From Bacilli bacterium (GTDB taxonomy: Bacteria > Bacillota_I > Bacilli_A > RFN20 > CAG-826): DNA of 64,000 bases. Below are positions 57,580-64,000 of the stretch, piece after piece. The translations under genes and the position numbers were made by a program. The notes beneath the pieces are model-generated. The model saw only the letters and a program-made list of their open reading frames with translations. It ran no database searches and was not told the DNA's origin. Numbering within the stretch: the first letter of the stretch is position 1; each line of letters begins with the position of its first letter. The stretch is taken from assembly GCA_024408105.1 (NCBI GenBank), contig JAKSVG010000001.1:50854-114853 (forward strand). Direction: 5' to 3'.

Positions 57580-59391
57580 TTAATCTTCGTCATCAATAGA
57601 AAGAACACTCATAAAAGCTTCTTGTGGAACTTCAACTGAGCCAATAGCTTTCATGCGCTTCTTTCCTTCTTTTTGCTTTTCAAGCAATTTGCGCTTTCTA
57701 GAAATGTCACCACCATAACATTTAGCAAGAACATCTTTTCTGACCGCTTTAATATCTGCTCTAGCTATGACTTTGCCATTTATGGCAGCTTGTACAGGAA
57801 CTTCAAATTGCTGACGTGGAATAATTTCTTTTAGTTTTCTAACAACTATGCTACCTCTTTCATAGGCTGTTGATCTATGAACGATAATCGATAAAGCGTC
57901 AATTACATCTCCATTTAGGAGAATATCCATTTTTGCTAATGTTCCGCTCTTATATCCACAGTATTCATAGTCGAATGATGCATATCCTTTTGTATAACTT
58001 TTTAATTTGTCAAAGAAATTGTAAACAATTTCAGATAATGGTAACTCATATGTAATCACCATTCTTGTATCATCAAAATATTGGAGATCTTTATAAATAC
58101 CTCTTCTGTTTTGACATAATTCCATAACAGGGCCAACATATTCCTTAGGAGTCATTATATCGGCTTTAACATATGGCTCTTGGATTTCCTTAATTAAAGT
58201 AACATCTGGCAATTTTGACGGATTATCAAGCTCAATCATATCACCTTTGGTGAGATAAACATGATAAATAACACTTGGCGCAGTCAATATTAAATCTAAA
58301 CCGTATTCTCTTTCGAGTCGTTCTTGAACTACATCCATGTGAAGCAAACCTAAAAAGCCACATCTAAATCCAAAACCTAAAGCTTGCGAGGTTTCAGCTT
58401 CGAATACTAAAGATGCATCATTCAAACAAAGCTTTTCTAAGGCATCTTTTAAATCTAAAAACTTCTTACTATCCACAGGATAGAGTCCGCAGTAAACCAT
58501 TGGATTCATTTTTCTATAGCCAGGCAATGCTTGGGAACATGGGTTATTAGCATTAGTCACTGTGTCACCTGGAAACACATCTTTGATGTCTTTTATTTGT
58601 GCTGCAATATATCCAACTTCGCCAGCAGACAATTGAATCTTTTTTAACTCCTTAGGAGTTCTTATGCCGACTTCGGTAACAAGATATTCTTTTCCTGATG
58701 ACATGAGTCTAATTGTATCGCCAACCTTCACAACACCATTCTTAATATTAACCAAAACAACAACTCCACGGTATGAATCATAGAAGGAATCAAAAATTAA
58801 GGCCTGCAAAGGCGCATTAGAGTCGCCTTTTGGCGCTGGTATATATTTGACTATTGCTTCAAGCACATCGCCCACTCCAACGCCTGTTTTTGCACTGACG
58901 TAACAAGCATTATCGCAAGGAATGCCAATTCTTTCTTCAATTTCTTTTACAGCATTTTCCGGCATTGCACTAGGCAAATCAATTTTATTAATAACAGGAA
59001 TAATTTCCAAATTGTTATCAACTGCTAAATAGACATTGGCTAATGTTTGGGCTTCGACTCCTTGAGTCGCATCAACAACTAGCAAACATCCTTCACAGGC
59101 AGCAAGCGACCTACTTACTTCGTAAGAAAAGTCAACATGCCCCGGGGTGTCGATTAAATTAAACACATAATCTTCACCGTTTTGAGCATGATATTTTAAG
59201 GTAACTGCATTTAGTTTAATTGTAATGCCACGTTCTCTCTCTAAATCCATCGAATCAAGAAATTGCTCTTTCATTTCTCTTTTAGAGATTGTTTCAGTTA
59301 ATTCTAAAATTCTATCAGCCAATGTTGATTTTCCATGGTCAATATGAGCAATGATTGAGAAGTTTCTTATATGTGCTTTATCAAAATCCAT
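57580..59391 (-). CDS. lepA: Elongation factor 4 (LepA).
   Basis: G domain ([19 protein letters not shown]) plus the LepA-specific C-terminal domain. 603 aa. Confidence 0.95.
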   Translation of the reverse strand: MDFDKAHIRNFSIIAHIDHGKSTLADRILELTETISKREMKEQFLDSMDLERERGITIKLNAVTLKYHAQNGEDYVFNLIDTPGHVDFSYEVSRSLAACEGCLLVVDATQGVEAQTLANVYLAVDNNLEIIPVINKIDLPSAMPENAVKEIEERIGIPCDNACYVSAKTGVGVGDVLEAIVKYIPAPKGDSNAPLQALIFDSFYDSYRGVVVLVNIKNGVVKVGDTIRLMSSGKEYLVTEVGIRTPKELKKIQLSAGEVGYIAAQIKDIKDVFPGDTVTNANNPCSQALPGYRKMNPMVYCGLYPVDSKKFLDLKDALEKLCLNDASLVFEAETSQALGFGFRCGFLGLLHMDVVQERLEREYGLDLILTAPSVIYHVYLTKGDMIELDNPSKLPDVTLIKEIQEPYVKADIMTPKEYVGPVMELCQNRRGIYKDLQYFDDTRMVITYELPLSEIVYNFFDKLKSYTKGYASFDYEYCGYKSGTLAKMDILLNGDVIDALSIIVHRSTAYERGSIVVRKLKEIIPRQQFEVPVQAAINGKVIARADIKAVRKDVLAKCYGGDISRKRKLLEKQKEGKKRMKAIGSVEVPQEAFMSVLSIDDED

Positions 59392-59420
59392 ACTTTAGTA
59401 TTTTATTACAATCCTAATTT

Positions 59421-61748
59421 TTAGTCATTCCAAAATTTTTTAACTGTTCTATTAACATCTTCTGGGCATGTTACTACTATGTAGTCATTCCATTCGTTTT
59501 TAAACAAATCCCTATAGGTTGAATTCATATATCTTTCGTCAATTAGCAAAGCAACTCCTCGGTCAGATTCACTTCTAATTACTCTTCCGACTGCTTGCAT
59601 AACCTTATTCATCCCTGGATTAATGTAACTATAGTTGTAACCTTTATTATTTTCTTTATCAAAGAACTCGCGAATCTTTTCTTTCTCAAAGCATATTTGT
59701 GGTAATCCAACACCAACTACAACAACGCCAATAAGTCTATCACTCACAAGATCTATACCTTCTCCAAATGCTCCTCCGACTACAGCAAGACCAACAGTTG
59801 TAACTTTAGGCTTGTCGGTAAATAACGATAAAAAGTCGCGCTTATCAACTTCGCTCATATCTTTTTCTTGAACGATTAAATTTGCATCATCAAGATTTAA
59901 AACATTTTTCAAATTTTCAAGATATTCATAACTTGGAACATAAATAAAATAGTTTCCTATTTTGCCTTTAACAAACTCTTTGATGTATGATGCAACAACT
60001 TTATAAGTTGAATTTCTATCTTTATATTTTATTGAAACTTTTGGAGCAATCATTAAACACAAGTTTTCTTTTGGAAATGGCGACGGTAACATTAAAACAG
60101 GACTCTCACCGCTGCCACCAATCATATTGATATAGTAATCAATAGGAGAAAGGGTAGCAGAAAAAACTACTTTACTTCTCACTTTGTCCAATGATTTTCT
60201 TAAAAAATCGCTTGGGTTTAAGCACAACAAGCAAATCTTTGTATCGTTATCGCTTTTAGAGATGTAAAGGCAGAAGTTTTCGTTAAAATACTCAAGCAAA
60301 CGATTAAATCTAACTAAATCATGCGAAAATGAAACAAATTCATCTGTTATGAATTCATGATGATGTTTTGACACATCAATTGATGCTAAAAGATACGCTT
60401 CAATTGCATTCAGCGAGGTTTGGCTTAAAGATTCAATTATTGTTTCGCCATTTTCTAAATTGCTATATTCAGAAAATATCTTTGATATTCTTTTTATGGC
60501 ATTCTTAATCTTTTTATGTTCTAAGTGCTTTAATGAACGCTTTACTTTTTTAAATAGCGATTCACTAATAGATGAACTATACATTCCTCTGCCTCTTTCC
60601 ACAAGATTGTGCGCTTCATCAACTAAGACAGCCATTTTTGAGGCATCTTCATCAAAATAACGTTTCAAGTAAACCATCGGATCGAAGAAATAGTTATAAT
60701 CACAAATTATTATGTCAACATATAAAGACAAATCTAATGATAATTCAAATGGGCATATTCCTTTTTTGGATGCGATGCCTAAAATTACTTCACGTGAAAA
60801 TTCGTTATATGCTTTTATCGAATTAATTAATATCTTTCTGATTTTTGTGTAATAGCCTTTTGCATAAGGACATTCATCAGGATTGCAGGCTTTGCCTGGG
60901 CAATAACACATTTTGTCTTTTGCAGTTATTAGAATGTCACTTGCAATAAGACCATTTTTTCTCATAATTGAGACAGTTTGAAAAGCTGTTTCTTTGCCAG
61001 AGCCCTTCGCAGTTAAGTAGAAAATTTTATCATTGGTTTCATTAGCAAAACTTTTTGCATACGGATAAAGAGTTGAAATTGTCTTTCCAATGCCTGTTGG
61101 GGCTTCGCAGAATAATAAACCACCATCCTTGGCGATGCCATATGAGTATTTAGCTAATTTCTTTTGCCCTTTTCTAAAATTGTCGAATGGGAAAGTGAGT
61201 TTTTTTGCAGATTCATTTCTAATTATTGTTCGATTATAAATTAATTTATAAAAATCAAGGTATTCTATTAGAAGTTTATTTATATCGGTTTCTAATTTCG
61301 ATGTTTTGAATGTAAATTTCTTAATCATTCTTTCATCCGTTAATTGATGGATGTATGTAAGATTAATATTCACATGATCCAGTCCTTTTTCATGAGCGTA
61401 CATTAATGCATAGCATTTTGCTTGACCTAAATGCCATTCTTTCTGCTCATTAAAAAATGACTCTAGAGGGGAAATGGTTGATTTTATTTCATCAATCGTG
61501 ACCTCATTTTTATCTACGATAATTCCATCTGCTCTGCCTTCTAAAGATATTTTGAAGTCATCCACATCAAATGTTTCAAATAATTGGTATTCAGAAATAT
61601 AATTTTTGCCTTGTTTTGTTTGATAAAAGCTATGAATGCGTGTGCCTTCATTCATAGTAGTTTTATTAAAAACGCGATTATCGATATCGCCGGTTCTAAG
61701 CAAAAAATCAACTAACTGATGAACAGATAATTTCAAATTCTTATTCAT
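59421..61748 (-). CDS. Nuclease-helicase: N-terminal RecB/Cas4-like PD-(D/E)XK nuclease domain fused to an XPD/Rad3/DinG-like SF2 helicase with an Fe-S cluster domain.
   Basis: N-terminus: GRADGIIVD (motif II Asp), IDEIKS (E-x-K), QAKCYAL (QxxxY). Helicase: Walker A EAPTGIGKT, 4-Cys cluster CYCPGKACNPDECPYAKGYY, DEAH box VLVDEAHN, C-terminal motifs (QAVGRVIRS). 775 aa. Confidence 0.8.
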   Translation of the reverse strand: MNKNLKLSVHQLVDFLLRTGDIDNRVFNKTTMNEGTRIHSFYQTKQGKNYISEYQLFETFDVDDFKISLEGRADGIIVDKNEVTIDEIKSTISPLESFFNEQKEWHLGQAKCYALMYAHEKGLDHVNINLTYIHQLTDERMIKKFTFKTSKLETDINKLLIEYLDFYKLIYNRTIIRNESAKKLTFPFDNFRKGQKKLAKYSYGIAKDGGLLFCEAPTGIGKTISTLYPYAKSFANETNDKIFYLTAKGSGKETAFQTVSIMRKNGLIASDILITAKDKMCYCPGKACNPDECPYAKGYYTKIRKILINSIKAYNEFSREVILGIASKKGICPFELSLDLSLYVDIIICDYNYFFDPMVYLKRYFDEDASKMAVLVDEAHNLVERGRGMYSSSISESLFKKVKRSLKHLEHKKIKNAIKRISKIFSEYSNLENGETIIESLSQTSLNAIEAYLLASIDVSKHHHEFITDEFVSFSHDLVRFNRLLEYFNENFCLYISKSDNDTKICLLCLNPSDFLRKSLDKVRSKVVFSATLSPIDYYINMIGGSGESPVLMLPSPFPKENLCLMIAPKVSIKYKDRNSTYKVVASYIKEFVKGKIGNYFIYVPSYEYLENLKNVLNLDDANLIVQEKDMSEVDKRDFLSLFTDKPKVTTVGLAVVGGAFGEGIDLVSDRLIGVVVVGVGLPQICFEKEKIREFFDKENNKGYNYSYINPGMNKVMQAVGRVIRSESDRGVALLIDERYMNSTYRDLFKNEWNDYIVVTCPEDVNRTVKKFWND

Positions 61749-61763
61749 AATTATATTTTATAC

Positions 61764-61788
61764 AAAAAAAGACTAATTTAATAGTCTT
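61764..61788 (-). terminator. Rho-independent terminator of fmt (minus strand).
   Basis: Minus strand: aagacta-ttaaat-tagtctt followed by ttttttt. It abuts the fmt stop codon. Confidence 0.7.
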
Positions 61789-62721
61789 TTATTTAAGAAT
61801 GATTCCGCTTAGGGATTTGTTTCCGTTAGCAAAACTCTTTCCGTCCATTTTTTTCTTTCCTTCAAGTTGAACAATATCAAGTTCTATCAGACCATCGATT
61901 AGCTGAAGTTTAATTGTTTTGTTAATATCAATTTTCCCAACCTCTCCTATTTGGTCACTAACTTTATGAGCTTTGAAAATTTTAAGTTTCTTTCCATCTA
62001 TATATAGATATGCTCCAGGCTCATCACTTAATCCCCTTATGTAATTTATAAATTCACATGAAGGTTTTGTTAAATCAAGTTTTTCATCTTCAGGTAAAAT
62101 TTTATCAGCAAAGGTCACAAGCGACTCGTCTTGACTGGCTCCTTGAAGATTTCCATTTAAATAATTTAACAAATTATTAATAGTAACATCTATTGCGGCA
62201 TCAGCTAGCTTATCACACAATGAACTATAATTATCATCTTTATCTATAACTACTTCTTTGATGGCAAACATGCGACCAGCGTCCATCTTGTCGATCATTT
62301 CCATAAGAGTTATGCCGGTTTTTTCTTCGCCATTTATAATTGCACGCTGAATGGGAGCTGCGCCTCTATATGACGGAAGAATTGAACCGTGAAGATTCAA
62401 ACAACCATAGGTTGGTATATCAAGCACAGTTTGAGGAACAATCTGCCCATAAGCCATTGTTAAAATCAAGTCAGGTTTCAAGTCTTTTAAAAAATCAAAA
62501 TCTTTTCTAATTCTGTGTGGCTGAAATACAGGTATTCCATACTTAAGAGCAATAGCCTTGGTCGGAACTGGTTCTAGTATAGCTTTTCTTCCTACAGGTT
62601 TATCTTCTTGAGCAACAAGGCCAACAAAGTTGAATCCATAATTAATTAATGCCTCAAAAACCTTTGCGGCAATGCTTGGTGTCCCCATAAAAACTAATCT
62701 ATATTCTTTCATTGTTTTCAT
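61789..62721 (-). CDS. fmt: Methionyl-tRNA formyltransferase.
   Basis: N-terminal formyltransferase domain (RLVFMGTP, HGSILPSYRGAAPIQ) plus C-terminal tRNA-binding domain. The ORF-track TTG start at 62760 was rejected. An ATG at 62721 or 62712 is likely. Confidence 0.82.
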   Translation of the reverse strand: MKTMKEYRLVFMGTPSIAAKVFEALINYGFNFVGLVAQEDKPVGRKAILEPVPTKAIALKYGIPVFQPHRIRKDFDFLKDLKPDLILTMAYGQIVPQTVLDIPTYGCLNLHGSILPSYRGAAPIQRAIINGEEKTGITLMEMIDKMDAGRMFAIKEVVIDKDDNYSSLCDKLADAAIDVTINNLLNYLNGNLQGASQDESLVTFADKILPEDEKLDLTKPSCEFINYIRGLSDEPGAYLYIDGKKLKIFKAHKVSDQIGEVGKIDINKTIKLQLIDGLIELDIVQLEGKKKMDGKSFANGNKSLSGIILK

Positions 62722-62802
62722 AACGATAGTTATTATAAGAAAAACATTTAGTATTTTCAAATATTGAAAAAAGTTATAAGATTAAATTTCCGGAGGTTAT
62801 AT

Positions 62803-64000
62803 ATGTACTCTGAATACAAACAAGTTAAACAATTTTTCCAAAGTGCAGAAGATTTACTCAAAACATCCAAAACAATGGAAGATATTTTTTTAAGAGCAAC
62901 TTCTTTGCACAAAAAAGAAAAAGCCATTACATGGATTAATGAAAAAGGAAAAGTTTCATCTTTTAAATATAAACATTACAAAACATATTGTTTTGAATAT
63001 GCATCTAGAATTTCACAAAAATTAAAGGATTATCCTCTTGATTCTGTTGTTGCTCTAAAATTTCACAATTGCCCAGATTGGCCATTAGTGTTTTGGGGTA
63101 TTTTAATGAGTGGTTATATCCCATTCTTAATTGATGCAAAACTTCCAAAGGAAAATACAGAAGTTTTGCTAAAAGAATCACACGCTGTCGCCATAATAAC
63201 TCAGGAAATTGTTACATATTCTGTCACAAGTATAAACTTTAATTCTCTCAAAGATGTTAAAGTTAACTTTAAATTTGCAAATAAATGGGCAAATAATGTT
63301 ATTTTTTGTTCCTCTGGCACAACCGGAAATGTCAAATTAATGAAATATGATGGCAAAAACCTTTGCTATCAAATCGCAGCTGCAATTGATATGCCAGAAG
63401 AAACAAAGGATATTATGTATCCTGGTGAGATAAATATTCTCGCTATCATACCTTTCCATCACATTTTTGGCTTTGTTGCAGTCTTTCTATGGTACACATT
63501 CTTTGGTAAAAATATTGTTTTTACAAAAGATCTATCGCCAAAAGAGGTTGCAAATGTTTCTCAAAAATGTTCCGTTACTCACATATATAGTGTTCCACTA
63601 TTCTGGGATTCATTAGCTCAACAAGTTAATAGAAAAGCCGAGTTAGAAGGCGAAAAGAAAATGGATTTACTTGCAAAAATGATCGCTTTCCATACTCACA
63701 AAATTTCAAATGAAGAGGCTGGAATGGCTGCAAGCAATATTGCGCTAAATACAGTTCAATCACAACTCCTTGGTAAGAAAGTTAGATATTGTATTTCTGG
63801 TGGAGGTTATTTATCAGCTGACACATTAAATACCATTAATGGTATAGGATACAACTTATATAACGGCTTTGGCATGACTGAGGTTGGGGTTGTTTCTGTT
63901 GAATTATCGAGTTATGTTGAACAAAGACTTAAAGGTAGCATTGGAAAGCCGCTCCACGGAGTTACATATAAACTAGCAAACACAACAAAACTCGAACCTA
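62803..64000 (+). CDS. AMP-dependent synthetase/ligase (acyl-CoA synthetase-like adenylating enzyme); 3' end beyond the window.
   Basis: Frame is open from ATG 62803 (GGAGG RBS 5 nt upstream) to the window end. Adenylation motifs SSGTTGNVK (A3) and NGFGMTE (A5) are present. Not in the ORF track because no stop falls inside the window. Confidence 0.75.
   Translation, partial: MYSEYKQVKQFFQSAEDLLKTSKTMEDIFLRATSLHKKEKAITWINEKGKVSSFKYKHYKTYCFEYASRISQKLKDYPLDSVVALKFHNCPDWPLVFWGILMSGYIPFLIDAKLPKENTEVLLKESHAVAIITQEIVTYSVTSINFNSLKDVKVNFKFANKWANNVIFCSSGTTGNVKLMKYDGKNLCYQIAAAIDMPEETKDIMYPGEINILAIIPFHHIFGFVAVFLWYTFFGKNIVFTKDLSPKEVANVSQKCSVTHIYSVPLFWDSLAQQVNRKAELEGEKKMDLLAKMIAFHTHKISNEEAGMAASNIALNTVQSQLLGKKVRYCISGGGYLSADTLNTINGIGYNLYNGFGMTEVGVVSVELSSYVEQRLKGSIGKPLHGVTYKLANTTKLEP

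Noticed and set aside
62722-62760. TTG-initiated N-terminal extension of fmt (MKILNVFLIITIV...). The same applies to TTG or upstream starts of parE, dnaG, nusB, the 9133 membrane protein, and hisS at 3706.
   Set aside because: The extensions are hydrophobic or unconserved and lack an RBS. In the hisS case the extension overlaps a promoter. Family N-termini align to the downstream ATG or GTG starts.
1-64000. CRISPR arrays, tRNA/rRNA genes, IS elements or prophage remnants.
   Set aside because: No regularly spaced direct repeats. No GC-rich cloverleaf-capable intergenic segments (all gaps are AT-rich and under 360 nt). No transposase or integrase other than the core xerD. Housekeeping synteny is uninterrupted.

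Overview
Low-GC (~30%) bacterial chromosome segment using the standard genetic code (Trp is TGG; long ORFs are intact). It is densely packed with housekeeping genes on both strands. Gene order closely follows the Bacillus subtilis yqe/yqf/yqh/yne regions: Asp23-nusB-xseAB-dxs, xerD-deoB, yqeG-yqeH-nadD/yqeK-rsfS, plsY-parE-parC, efp, cshB-nfo, ispG, ispH, yqfO-trmK-sigA-dnaG-glyS-recO-era-cdd/ybeY, rpsU, rsmE-mtaB, hrcA-grpE-dnaK-dnaJ, lepA-hemW. Fused genes (NadD-YqeK, YbeY-Cdd), a dimeric GlyRS, a lipobox lipoprotein and MEP-pathway genes point to a reduced-genome low-GC Firmicutes or Tenericutes-like organism (Acholeplasma- or Erysipelotrichia-like). This placement is inference only. No rRNA, tRNA, CRISPR array or obvious mobile element is present. 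Two small ribosomal protein genes missed by the ORF track (rpmG, rpsU) were found by hand. Several ORF-track starts are TTG or GTG artefacts and were corrected. Non-core insertions worth attention are: a RecB-family-nuclease/XPD-DinG-like helicase fusion; a degenerate-motif Fic-like protein plus a small membrane protein inserted between lepA and hemW; a C39-peptidase-domain membrane protein with no ABC ATPase; an unknown protein translationally coupled between rsmE and mtaB; an ABC-F/TM2 pair; and an orphan SBP lipoprotein plus permease. Regulatory features include tandem CIRCE operators over the hrcA promoter, a strong hisS promoter, many intrinsic terminators, and candidate leaderless starts.
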